Shown here piece after piece: positions 34,610 to 46,684 of a DNA stretch of 46,684 nt. The DNA lies in NCBI GenBank assembly GCA_024704765.1, contig JAKMXF010000354.1, positions 1 through 46,684 of the forward strand, given 5' to 3'. A program made the position numbers and the translations under genes. The notes beneath the pieces were generated by a model. That model worked only from the letters and a program-made list of their open reading frames with translations, did no database searches and was not told the origin of the DNA. This DNA is from Oopsacas minuta. Taxonomy: Eukaryota > Animalia > Porifera. The number at the start of each line of letters is the position of its first letter. Within the stretch, counting starts at the first letter, position 1.

Positions 34610-37531
34610 TCTCCAAACGGATTTGCTATTTTTGTACTATTTGTATTTTGTACTATTTGTATTTTATCCGAATTCTATTGTATTATATTTCTAGCTAACT
34701 TGTATAATACGTTGTACACTTATAGGCTATGCAGCTGTGTTCGTGGGTAATTAATCTTATCCGAAAACTATTATCTCTCGCATCTAGTTGATATTCTACA
34801 GATTGAAAGTAACATGAAAATCATAGATGCCGTTTTGCCCTTATTTAATAAACATGAAGTAATTTATAGTTTACAACTTCTTTAGCCTCAGCTACCACAG
34901 CTTATTCGCGGAAATACAATATTATTTATCTCAAATTTTCGAAACCAACTAATTAAAAGAATATTCTTCTTTATCGATTTATACAAAACTAACCGATCTG
35001 CCGCCTTATGTCTGATTTTCAAATTGTATGAAAAATAATTCAAATCCAAATCTTGGTTACCTAACAATAGTGTCAGTTATTGATTAATTATGATAGTACG
35101 AGCCTGGTAGGAGCCAGGAATATACATTAATTAGTGTAGTTTGTGGTTTTCCTCGAAATGTGATTAAATATACATATATACACCTCAGCTTTATCACTGG
35201 AGTCAGAGGCCCTAATGTATACCTAATTACCTATTTTCGAATAGACGGAGAGGTGGGGATTAGGGAATAGCAAGATAATAGTTATAAAGTAAATCAGTAT
35301 AGAATACAAGATAACTGTGACTCTTCGATTCCCTCGGTGAGTACAGGTATCTTTTGGAAAGTAGAATGAAAGTGGTTTTGCCGCCCCGTGGAGCCTGTAC
35401 TCATCGAATTACAAATATTTTGATCAACCAATATCCTTTTTGACTTCACAATTGCTGTTTTCTTTCTTAAGATACGTAGATAATTTCAATTTTTTACAAA
35501 AATGAATGCTATGCTACAACTCATTCCATTGATCTATTCCTTTATAGTTTCTATTAGAAAAATATAATCTCCATTATGCCATTATGGGTAGATCAGACAT
35601 ACAGTTGAAAGTTTTTTGTCCATTTCTTTACATGAGGGTATAAAGACAAAATAATCCGAAGGTACTGACAGCCAAAGCCTATTTCTTTACAATTTATACA
35701 GTTTTTTCAAGGACAAAATAATCCGATAATCAAAAAACCGGATTTCAACTTTAGCAAATCCATCGTTCTATTTTAGGCAGTTTGGGTTTCTGTTAATCGA
35801 GTAGTTTATTAGTTTATTAAGCATTTGATGTTTCATACCACGAATCCTAGCCAGAACTTCACGACTGTTCCCCACTTCCAAAATGAAAAAGCATCACATC
35901 ATCAAACTTACGGAATATACGTGTGTACATAGCATCCCTAAACGACGCGCTACTCGTTTGAAATATGGTACTTATAATTGGCTTATCAAAATACTGAAAA
36001 GCAATTTGTCCATGGAATCCATTGGAAGGATGTGAAACGCATTTCCAGATTGACGAAATTATTTCCAATTTTCTATATACATAGTAAATAGTCTACTAAA
36101 CGTATACTAATACGAGGTTGGTGTTTCATCCAGATATTTTGGGAACACCCTCTAAATGAAACCTTGGAGGTAGTTAAATCAACTAGCCTGTGTGCTGCAT
36201 TTGGGTAGGGAGTAAATAGAGCAAATAAGTCAAAAAATTGTCTCAACAGGGTAAATAGCTCAGTGATCTCTAAAAGGGTTTATTTTCCATTAAAATCATT
36301 TATACTTGCCAACTGTCCCGTCTTTGGCGGAACGTCCCGCTTTTCGGACATGTGTTGAGGGCCAATGAAGCTAATGTCCAGCTAAAACTTCCAAAAACCT
36401 AAATTGTCCCACATTTTTGTAGTCCAGTCTAAAAATATGCTTCTTCCCGCGATGTCAGTACCTTCCGCCCGCTTTTTTCCTTACTCAGGTTAGCAAGTAT
36501 GATCATTATCAAATCAAATTTGTAAAAATATTGTAAGTAATCCCATTATGCTATTTTCTAAACTAAATTGTAAGTTCCAATAGCTCATATAATTTACAGT
36601 GTGTGGATTCAAATCATTGATTTGTTTCACTTGAAAACAATCAAAAATTGTACATTTTAATCTCTGAAATGTATTTATTAATAGCTGTAACAACAAGCAG
36701 GGGAGGGGATAAAGGTAATCCGCCAAAATCTGTCTCAACAAGTTAAATACCCAGAAATAAATGCAGCACGCAGGCGCTACCCATTATTCAATATATATAT
36801 ATATATGACTAATACTGCTTCTTCACAGTTCACACAGTGGATATTAATCAATTCGTGAAAAGTCGAACTCTTTCTGCTTTACAATAAAACTCCTCAAATC
36901 AGGTCACTCAACAGACTGGCCGAGAATTACCGTATTAGAGAGGTGGCTGGGGGAGATCCAGCCAAGAAAAGTATTCAAATATTTAACGAATGTATAATGA
37001 ATAAGAGATTACTTAAACTAATTTGATGCATTAATGGTAACATAGGGGTTCACAGGTTCACAATAAGCAATCGGGATAGAATTATTTATAGAATTTCAGA
37101 CATTGTGTAGAAATTACAAAATGAACCTGATTCATTGCTTAAAGGAACTCTCATCAATTCACTACCATTGACAAAATGACACAAATCAGCTGAAACTGTT
37201 AACTAAATCAAGAGTATTGTATATATTTCTTAAGTATATAAGTATTAATAAACATTACAAGATAACACACAATATATTAATGGACTAACCGAATAATCTA
37301 AATAATCTCGGAACTGATGACTAAGCCTAGATAGTTACTTAGTTATTATCACAAATGTGTTTTGATAAGAAAATAGAATAAATTCAATATACTCAATCTC
37401 CACAAATACCTGCTATATGGTATTGACTACAAGGTAAGATATTTATAGCACTGTACAGAGTATAATCGAATAAATCTGAAATACTAAAACTCTAATTATC
37501 TCAAAAGTGTTAAAACTAATAAGATAAACGA

Positions 37532-40500
37532 TCAGACGTTGAGTCCGGTAACCATAATGTTCTTCGGATACTCTACAGTGTACTGCAGCCTGATTGTCTC
37601 AGCCTTGCTCGGGTTTACAGTCAGGTCCCACATGATAAGTCCATCTCTGTCCATATGAGGGTTGGGAAGAGGATCTGGAGGTGGGTTAGGTAGAGGCTGT
37701 ATGTTTGGCTGCTGTAGCTTTACAATTATGCTACTGTCTAGTGAGTTAGGGACTTGATCAGTTACCTGCACTTTAATCTCATCTTGTCGAAAGCTCTCTA
37801 TTTGGATATCTTGCTGGAAATTCCATACTACTGACTTAGAGAATATGCCTACCTGCTCTCTGAACCTCTTCAGTGGTTTGTATTCAATCTTTACTCGATT
37901 GTCTACCCCCAGGAATGTCTCGAACTCTTCGTTTGGAGCAACAGAGTTAATGGTAGATTTTGTTACAAAATTGTTATCCAGAAACACGTTAGAAGGCCCT
38001 GGTAGGAACATGTACTTAGACGCGTTCCTAACTCTAGCTTTGAGGAAGGCACAAGGAGCTTTCTTAGGAACTGTTACATGCTCAAATACAGGTTTAAGAT
38101 CAATCTTAGCAACAGACACTTTATGAGGAGTGTTGTCTGAAGGAATAGAAGCAAGACCGGTAATGTGGAATGTGTTGGATAAGATTCCATGAGAAGTCTC
38201 TGCTTGTGGTATCTTCATAGAAGTGAGAGATTCAGATCTACTGGAACTATCATCGTCTTCGGAGGACGAGTATACTTCATCTGGTAATCGCTAAATAATA
38301 GCCTTTGGTTATAACTTATTATTAGGATACATGTGCATACATAATTACCCCAAAGCAAGTTAAATCTACAAGTTCAATATTCTATAATTATTTTACTTGT
38401 ATAATATGTACGTACATGGCTATTTTCATATACAGGGGGTCACTCCGGAAATACTTGACCCAGGGCAGGGTTTCATCCTGCGCCTAAAAGTGCACTCCAA
38501 TTTATACAATCTCAATTTTTTTCAATGAAGTCACCTATCGGTTAGTACTTACTATCTGAGTGTACGTCTTATCCGAAAATAGATTGTTATATAACGAATG
38601 GTAACTAATTTATTGAGATGCTAAGATGTTCTGTTATCCAAGTTCTACTGTATTTGAATTTCAAGCATTGTAAAGTTCTATAACACTATTATAACAAATA
38701 AAATGAGTTACCTTAGATAATCTATTCCTTTGCCTTTGGGTTTGAATGTTTGTTTTATTCTTCTTCTTCCTCGCCTGTCCGTAGTTAGGCTTAGAATGTA
38801 GCATATCACTAGTAATGTACTTAGTCTCCAGCTCAGGGATCTCTCCAGATACGTTAGCAGCAGCTGTAGACAATATTATCTTTACATTCATCCAATCCTC
38901 CCCAGTGCTCTGCTTTATCATTCCGAAGTAATATACACTCAATGTCAGAGATACGTTATCCACTCGCAAGTCATACTTAGGACTCCATGAAGCATCCTTT
39001 ACCTAGAATAGAATAGTAAGTATTAAATTAACTGTGAACTACGTAATTCACGAATTAACTTAATTAACCAAATAATTAATGTAAAATAATCAAGTAAGAA
39101 GACAATGACGTATCAGTAATAGAAATTGTTATCTATCAAGTTATTCAACTAATAGAATTTATTTAAAATGCGGTATCTCTGAGTCATACCGAGCACATAG
39201 AACATATCTCGGCTAATCTCTGCTCAATTGAGGCAAAGTGCTAAGAACTAAGTAATTGTAGGGGAATTATGGGTCGATTTCTTGGAACAGCCTTTTCAAT
39301 TATATCTGAATCGAAATTTTTTGGTTGAGCCCACTAGATGAGACAGACTACTTTAAAACGGCCTATAAGTTAGTAACTCCCTAATCTAACTGAAATATTT
39401 ATCTAAATTATATATCCTGTATATATCTCACCAATCAAATCTAGAAATGTGAATATCAAAATGAAGAAGGGGAATTAAATGTGTATTATATCTTACTAGA
39501 TATGAAAATTTTATCTCCACAGAGCCAATACTGTCTGCATCAATATAGACTCCAGCTTGTTTCTGTAAATTGATATTCTTTGAGGTAGCAGAAGATCCAG
39601 CCTCACTCTCATTAATCTTGTTGTTGATAGAAGCTAAACTTTCTTTCAGCTCTTTAGTTTCCCACTCTAGATCTATTTTCTTGATCTCTTCTTTAGTCAT
39701 ATGCTCTTCATAGAAGTCCAGCAGATTAGTGATGGTATTTGCAGCATTATCTTCATCTCCAGGGTCCTTGAACTGTGCTAAGAAATCTTTAAGATTCATC
39801 TTGTGTAGAGTATCAGGACTGGTTACATTATCTAAGTACTTCTCTAGCAATTCTATCTTCTGAGTAACTACTGTATGTGACTGGTCCAGTTGTAGAATCT
39901 ATAATGCAGAATAAAATAACCATACCTGCCAAACGTCCAGGGATTTCCTGAACAAGCAATTTCATAGTATTATATTGTTGGATTTGATTTACGCGAAAAC
40001 ATTCAGATTTTACATAAGCACTAGAATGTTTGCAGAGAATAGATAAGTATATGGTGGAAAGAATTGAATTTTGGATGAGCGAGAAGAACGAGCAAGAAAT
40101 TTTTGTAGTGACTAGGGATTTTATCTAAACTCCAGCGGAAATTTCGGCTCCGTCCAGTAATTGATGTGACAAAGGTGACAGGTATAAATACAGTCGAACC
40201 TCTGAGATCAGAGAAGTATGGCCTGGACTCTGGAGGGTGCCCGGATCTCAGAAATAACATTAACATGTTAGCCATAAAGTAAAACTCTATTATCAGGAAT
40301 ATTAGATGAAAATGATCCAATGAACTTCAAACTTTTGGTAAAATGGTGGGGGGGCATCTCGTAGGTCTGGATCTCGAAGGTTCTATTGTAACTACACAAC
40401 ACAATATAATATATTCTACCTTTTCTTCTAACTCTTTCTTCTCAGTAACTAGTTTGAACTTAGCTATCTCCTGAGTAGTTTTCTCCCTCTCTTGTTCCTG

Positions 40501-40779
40501 GTTCATCTTTTCTGTCTCTTCCTTACTCACATAAGTTTCTTGGTAAGATACTTCATTTAGAACAGCACGACATGTACTATGGATTACAACACGTAGAGAA
40601 TCCTTATCGAAAACTTCTGGAAAATGAGTCAGCAGGACCTCGTTTTCTCCCGGACTGACATCACACTTTAGGAGACGAGTAAGCTCAGCACGATCTTGAA
40701 ATACAACTACTTGCTGCAAATCACAAGTTTTAACCTCAAAATTCTGAGAAGAGAGACTGTGTAGAATCTCCTTATCCAT
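37532..40779 (-). CDS. DUF4140 + coiled coil + DUF4139 protein (C. elegans F37C4.5 / bacterial mucoidy-inhibitor-like); exons 40779-40420, 39898-39497, 39002-38712, 38290-37532
   Basis: N-terminal VVVFQDRAELTR...GENEVLL...DKDSLRV (DUF4140). SYLVKDASWSPKYDLRV, YFGMIKQSTGEDW.NVKIILSTA and FLPGPSNVFLDNNFV (DUF4139). Three phase-0 GT-AG introns join in frame. Confidence 0.85.
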
Positions 40780-40989
40780 TCTAATATAATCTTAGAAAAT
40801 AATATTTATTAACATGATTTCTAGTCTATTTCAATATACTTTCGAGAGAATAGTAAATTTAAGATTGCATCTTCAAAAGTTCGTGAGGACATACTAACCC
40901 ATTAAAGCACTAAAATGCATATCTATATACTTAGTTATATTTACAAATACTGCTGTATTGATATCTATCTAAGGTAACTTGAATAAAAG

Positions 40990-42936
40990 CTACTTGGCTT
41001 CTTTCCGCTTGCTTGTCTTACTGGTAGGGAAGGGAGCTGTTTTATTCCTAGCTAATCTCTGTTTGTTAGCAGGACCGCTGAGCTGGTTATAGAGGTGTGT
41101 CACGGTTCCTACCGCCTTCGTTCTGCCCTCTCTGAAGATCAACTTGGTTTCTAAGATTAAGAATTCTGGCGATTTCATAAAGCGGAACCTGCAAGCAGCC
41201 TTATCTCCCGTTCTCAGCTGTTCTCTATTCATGGTTATTATCGTAGCAGTTTGTTTAACACTTCCACAGTGCACCATAGCCTGATAACCCTCAGTTATTG
41301 TAGTAGGATGATGTAAGACTAGAATATCAGCATCAAACTCCCAGCACGCGCTAGGTTTGAGTTCTCTCGCTACCATAACCATCCCTTTATGTATCTGACC
41401 TCGCTTTATCTTCCTTAGAGCAAATGAAGCTGTCTGTCCGCCAAACACTATATCAACGGGTAAGCGTTTCCGCTGAATAGATCGAATTAACATTGGTTGG
41501 AACTGACCTAGACCGTCTGGTCCCAGCAAGAGTGTCTCGTTAACCTTAATTGTCCCTTGGAGGAGGGTGCCTGCTACAACGGTACCCACCCCTGGGACAG
41601 CGTATATTTCATCGATCTGAAAGACCGGAGGCTCGTCATGCTTCCCAGGGATACGACCATTAAGTAAGTTCAGAAAGCGCTTGAGCAGACCCAGATTAGT
41701 CCCAGCTACATTTGACACTTGGAAGATAGGACATAAACGGAGAGAAGAGAAGTTCATAGCACAAGTAACTATGTCATCTTCATTCTGTACAAGAGCTGGA
41801 ATCTTACGACAACCTGGTGACTTTACTATCCGTATAACTAACTTTAGAGTTTCCTTAAGAACATTATCCGGACACATGTCTATCTTAGTAATAACAATGA
41901 ATACAGGAACAGAGAGAGCTAGAGCAAGTCCCAGATGCTCCTTTGTCATTCCTATAACTCCTGCATTAGCACCGATCATTAGCATACAGAAATCTGGAGC
42001 TCTTCCTGTCATACCAAATATTGTCGTCTTTAGATACTTCTCGTGTCCAGCTAGGTCAATGAATGTGATAACCTTAGCAGATGCTTTACAGATTTTAATC
42101 CAATCCATCTGTCCGTGACCTTCAGTTTTGTTGACAACTTCTCCTAAGCAATTGAAGCCTAATATATCGTTACCGACAGAAGATGTCCTCCCACTCTCTC
42201 GCTCATGTTTGTGTCTGAATAACTTCTGTCTAGCTAGCCCCCTCCCATCATCTAGCACTCCGTGTGTTAGCACACCTAGCAGTGTGCTCTTACCAGCGTC
42301 TACATTACCTACCACGGCTACTCGTACCTCTGTGAAGTCATCCTCTCTGATTCGAGTACGAATCAAGTACTCAGCTGTCATACCAGCTTCTACCATCTTC
42401 TCACGGAGTAAGGTAAACTCACAGTTACAGGCGGTGGATAGAGACAGTAGAGTAGCTATGCTAGCCTGATAATCTGGCTGTGATAACCCGGGTACTTCTT
42501 CCTGTCGGATCTGTGATCCTTTCTGAAGAGAGCTAATACTAAGAGAGGGAGAGGGGGAGACAGGAGATGTGGGAGAAAGGGAATCTGTCTCTTCTATCGG
42601 AGACTCTTCCAGTTCTGACAGAGTCTGCCAGACTCCTATCTGATAAATATTCTCTCCGTTTCCATCCGCAAGTCTCCGCTTGAGGTCTGCTATCAGCCAA
42701 TCATATTGTCTCTCTGTTGGGCTGACAAGTAAATACTTGCCTTGAGAGGGATAAGTTATAATAGAACATATAGCTTGATCTGTTTCTATTCTCTCTGAGT
42801 CAGAATTTGATACCAGATGATCTGCTAGTGCTTCAGTCAACTTATCCACAACAATGTCCTCAGATAGAATATTATCTGAGTCTATAAGGACTCCATCTGT
42901 TTCTGTAGAGGCTGTAGCAGGTGAGAAGACTGCCAT
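40990..42936 (-). CDS. GTPBP1: GTP-binding protein 1 (eEF1A-related translational GTPase), intronless
   Basis: [65 protein letters not shown] and beta-barrel domains II/III ([31 protein letters not shown]). Confidence 0.93.
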   Translation of the reverse strand: MAVFSPATASTETDGVLIDSDNILSEDIVVDKLTEALADHLVSNSDSERIETDQAICSIITYPSQGKYLLVSPTERQYDWLIADLKRRLADGNGENIYQIGVWQTLSELEESPIEETDSLSPTSPVSPSPSLSISSLQKGSQIRQEEVPGLSQPDYQASIATLLSLSTACNCEFTLLREKMVEAGMTAEYLIRTRIREDDFTEVRVAVVGNVDAGKSTLLGVLTHGVLDDGRGLARQKLFRHKHERESGRTSSVGNDILGFNCLGEVVNKTEGHGQMDWIKICKASAKVITFIDLAGHEKYLKTTIFGMTGRAPDFCMLMIGANAGVIGMTKEHLGLALALSVPVFIVITKIDMCPDNVLKETLKLVIRIVKSPGCRKIPALVQNEDDIVTCAMNFSSLRLCPIFQVSNVAGTNLGLLKRFLNLLNGRIPGKHDEPPVFQIDEIYAVPGVGTVVAGTLLQGTIKVNETLLLGPDGLGQFQPMLIRSIQRKRLPVDIVFGGQTASFALRKIKRGQIHKGMVMVARELKPSACWEFDADILVLHHPTTITEGYQAMVHCGSVKQTATIITMNREQLRTGDKAACRFRFMKSPEFLILETKLIFREGRTKAVGTVTHLYNQLSGPANKQRLARNKTAPFPTSKTSKRKEAK

Positions 42937-44289
42937 GCTAACTACAATCAGTATTTAGGTCCTAATGTTCTATATAAATCAATACTACACGTGAGGCACA
43001 TGCACAACTGGTTGTTGTTTAGGTACACTCAGCAATTAGTGTCTGAAAAAATGATAAATTGTTATGATATTTGATCAATGGACTGAGGTCCGTACAAGGG
43101 CAGTTAATTGCTAACTATGTATGTGCCTCCGTCCTTGTCTACTGAAATTTTTCAAAAGTATTGAGTTTTTGTAAAACTTGGCCAGAGTACTAAGCTAATA
43201 ATACTCTTACAAATATGTATAATATTCAATAAGTGAGATTTCATTAGCTGGAGAAATTCTATAATTAGCTTTGATTAGCTAGTTATTGAAAGTAATACTT
43301 ACATACTCACGAAACTAAAATAAACTTATCACATTATACCATTTCGAATTCCAGATTGAATCACATTAGTAAGGTTGGCCGGCCACTCAGCTATTTTTTC
43401 GAAATCGGCCTTGCCTCGGGGTCGGCCGAAACTGGCGGATTTCAGGGTTTTTCAAATCAAATTTAGTTGCATTCCCCGAGAGAAATATAAGTTGCAAGAA
43501 TATAATATTTTGCATACGAAAATAATATCCAGCGTGGATATTATTGATGTTGAGATTGATTGATCAATAAAATTTCAAGGCAAATAATGAAAATACAGTA
43601 TATGCATCCGTATTTCATCTAGACAAGAATCTTTAACAAAAAACAAGTGCAAGAGAATAAAAGTTTCGGAAATTATTGCGGCGGCAATCGCGGCGTTTCC
43701 GACACCCCTGTATTAATGGAATAATAATTACCAGCGGAATTCGCTTGCCCTTTCGCTGGGTGACAGCAGAATGCTATGGGGGGGCGCTGCTATTCTTCGA
43801 CAAAAGCATATACAATTCCTCGACATTTATCATATAATAAATATGTAAATCCGCATGCGGGATAAGTAACTACCTTTGGGAGAGGATCAATGGCTTTTAT
43901 TTACAGATATAAATTACAAATTTTTGATGTTGGGAAGGATTTATTCGTACGAGTTAAACATATATTCCCATACTTGCTATTCCTATATAAGAAATAGCAA
44001 AAATTAATTAATAAATTTTTGGTAGATTCCATGGCATGATGGGGAGACGCTAATCAATGGGAAGTCCAATCAATACCTCCTAGATTAAGATCACCTAATA
44101 GCATCATGTTTATATCTGTTAGGGATCGAATAGAGCACACAAGATTGATGTATCATCTAAAGAAAGGTTTGGCGGACAATATAAAACCTCTATATACAGA
44201 TATTTGGAGGGGAAAATCAACTTAATCTCGAAAGGTGTGAAAGGTAGAGCGAAAACATATATAGATAGATAGATACGTAAATACTAAGT

Positions 44290-44359
44290 CAGCGGTTCCC
44301 AACCTTTTTCAGCCGTGGACCACCAAAGGGGTCCATGGACCCCAGGTTGGGAACCCCTG
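44290..44359. mobile_element. 70-bp hAT (Charlie-like) micro-MITE
   Basis: TIRs CAGCGGTTCCCAACC / GGTTGGGAACCCCTG, flanked by tactaagt / tactaatt (7/8 TSD). Confidence 0.8.
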
Positions 44360-45179
44360 TACTAATTCAACCATTTTAGAACTGAGCCAATCAATATACT
44401 ACGAATGTAATAGTATTATTCGTGACAGTAAAAATATAATTGAACCCGACCCTGTCGCCTACTAAAGAAACAAGAAAGGTACAATATTCCATACATTATA
44501 AATTTTAGATAGAGTGCCAGTTTTTGAATCTACCAACGTAAATATTGTACTGAACCTATAGACTACTTTAATAAAGGACTGTGGGGTGCCAGCTCGGGCC
44601 TTGGAACTTGGGCCCATTGTGTATTTATCGAGATCTCGTAAACCGCTATAGTTAGATAGCCCAAATATGTTATTATTGAATAGGAAGTAATACTTTTAGA
44701 GCCCATTGGTCATGTTGCCTTACCTGAAAGATTTGTGGAATGTGAGTTATGTGGTTTTCACACCTTTCTACATTATGTTAATAATGTCAAAGTATCGCTT
44801 CCAGTTAGAGTTAGACATGATAAATGTGTTATTATACAATGGGAATTCATGGGTAAGGAGTCATTTAGTCACATTTCCTTACCTCAAATATTCGTGGAAT
44901 GTGAGTTATACGGTTTCACACCTCCATATAAGGTAAACTCGTGAATATTTCGTAATTGGTACGAGTTAGGTATGCCAAATGTATATTTATCGAATGGTAA
45001 GTCGCATATAAGGAGTCAATTGAGTTAGTCAACCTATCAAAAATACTCTTGGTTTTAGTTTTGTGATTTTCAAACTTTTCCATATATAGTAATATCTTAA
45101 TCTCTACTTTTATTGGTAGAGTTAAACATAGAATAGGTATGAACCTAGAATAGGAATTCAAATATAAGGATGATAAAGA

Positions 45180-46684
45180 CAAAATTTGTAAATAAGCTAT
45201 TGAAGTTCTCCTCCCGTCGAAGACAGCCATACTGTGGCTCCCGATCACTTGTGTGATTGACTTGAGCTTTTAGTAGGGTATTAACTAGAGTACAACTCAC
45301 CTCCCATTTTTCCGAAATAGGACTATCCACATATGAAAGAATTTTCATTATGTACACTCGACATCTGTTTTTTGATTCAGGAAGTTTTTCCGAGGAGATT
45401 GATGGCTATGTATACAAAACATGTGGTGTCTAATGTAGGCACTCTCAACCCTCCTCTGTTAAGCTCTTGCAAGAATTCACTTGATACCTCATCTCCCTCT
45501 CCCGGCCCTAGGTGTTTATATGTTAAGAATCCTGCAATGAAGACTACTTTATGTTTAAGAGTGTCAGTGGAATCAAGGAATGTTTGCGTGTCTTCTGTAC
45601 TTGTCTCCAGCATAACATCTATATCTTCTAATACGATAGGTGCTGTACAATATGAGCATTTCCACTCCAGACAACCTTGTGGAATGATATTAAATTTCAG
45701 CATCTGATGCAATCGCTGTGCCTTGCATGCAGAGATAACATCTCCTACATCAATGTAGAAGTTACCACCGTGTCGTTGCCTGGCTTGTCCGAAAACTTTT
45801 CCAGAGGATCTTGAGAAAAAAAAAACAGCAGGAAGGACAAATTCGAATTGGTGATGAGTTAACAGATACGTGGCGGCTGCAACGCTGAACTTTGTCGTTA
45901 CTATGAAAGCATCAGCAGGGAATTGTGTTAACTTTCTCTGCCAATATTTGCCACCTTCCCAGCGACAGGAACCTATCACATCGCACATTACTAACAGCAT
46001 GTCGAAGTTTTCGCAGTTAAGTGTCCATGGCTCTAAATGGATCCCGTAGATTGATTGCCCCAAACTTATCCTTACATTCATCATTTTAAACCAATTTGGA
46101 ACCATTATGATGAACCTAATAGTCCCTTCTTGGGGATTTACCATATTTTTCAAAGCTTTTAATGCTGCAACAGTCTTCTCGTGAAAAACTTGACAGACGA
46201 GTGGTACGCTCTGTCTTTGGAGAGGTTTAGGAAATACTGATGTATGTGTAAGCTTTGTGAGTCGTAGTGGGCTCTTTTTGTCCTCTTCATAAAGTGGTTG
46301 AATATCCTTCCAACATGCGAGGTATTCTATACCGCCCTCCACGAATGATAACTCTTGAAGTTTATCTGTTATCCAATTGTTTCGCAAATTCTTCATGATG
46401 TGCACAAGAGAAATACTTCGATTCCATCCAACACTACTCTCCCTGGACCACCAAGTAATTTATATACTCCTTGATTTATCGGGCAGTTATCACAGATAAA
46501 GGATATTGGTCTCACACCACTCTTTTCATGACTTCCATATTTCCAACAAAATTATTTGGAGATCCGCTGAATTTATGTTCTTCACTGGATGGCTACCAAA
46601 TAACAAACGTGGCCCTCCTTGATGATAAACAACTTCGGTACAAAGGGCTGAGGTGGCTTGTTCACTGGGTGTATTATTGGCATG
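45180..46684 (-). pseudogene. P-element superfamily (THAP9-like) transposase, frameshifted, truncated by the window edge
   Basis: FICDNCPINQ, HIMKNLRNNW, LTKLT..SVFPKPLQRQSVPL..QVF and FVLPAVF[SQDPLEKF]FGQARQRHGGN motifs. Frameshifts at about 46525 and 46405, a +1/-1 pair near 45790-45825, and another near the C-terminus. Confidence 0.85.

Noticed and set aside
41681-42469. Long plus-strand ORFs (also 1956-3004, 20445-20819, 32144-32398, 37845-38126, 45333-45707)
   Set aside because: These are antisense shadows of well-supported genes on the opposite strand, with no independent protein features.

Overview
This is AT-rich, gene-dense eukaryotic (animal) DNA, not prokaryotic. It has GT-AG spliceosomal introns, animal housekeeping genes and many DNA-transposon relics. 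Many ORF-track starts at TTG/GTG/CTG are therefore not true starts. The compact layout with many intronless housekeeping genes would fit an early-branching animal such as a sponge, but that is inference only. Order: TFB2M-like mitochondrial transcription factor (+), nucleoredoxin (+), CFAP157 (+, 4 exons), then a 16+-exon IgCAM with 6 Ig + 5 FN3 + TM + cytoplasmic tail (+). That gene carries an antisense intronless ERCC1, a decayed 7TM receptor and a stack of transposons in its introns. Next is a second Ig-superfamily TM gene (+, 4 exons) with antisense intronless UFM1 and a possible WWE-domain relic in its introns. Then come a perfect 44-bp hairpin fused to a 32-33 bp satellite, a DUF4140/DUF4139 gene (-, 4 exons), GTPBP1 (-) and a disabled P-element-type transposase running off the right edge. 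I did not find a CRISPR array, RNA gene or clearly novel multi-gene system. The most notable items are the nested-gene architecture, the L1-like IgCAM, a MITE whose target-site duplication copies a splice acceptor, and the hairpin-satellite junction. All exon assembly and homology calls were done by eye, without database searches.
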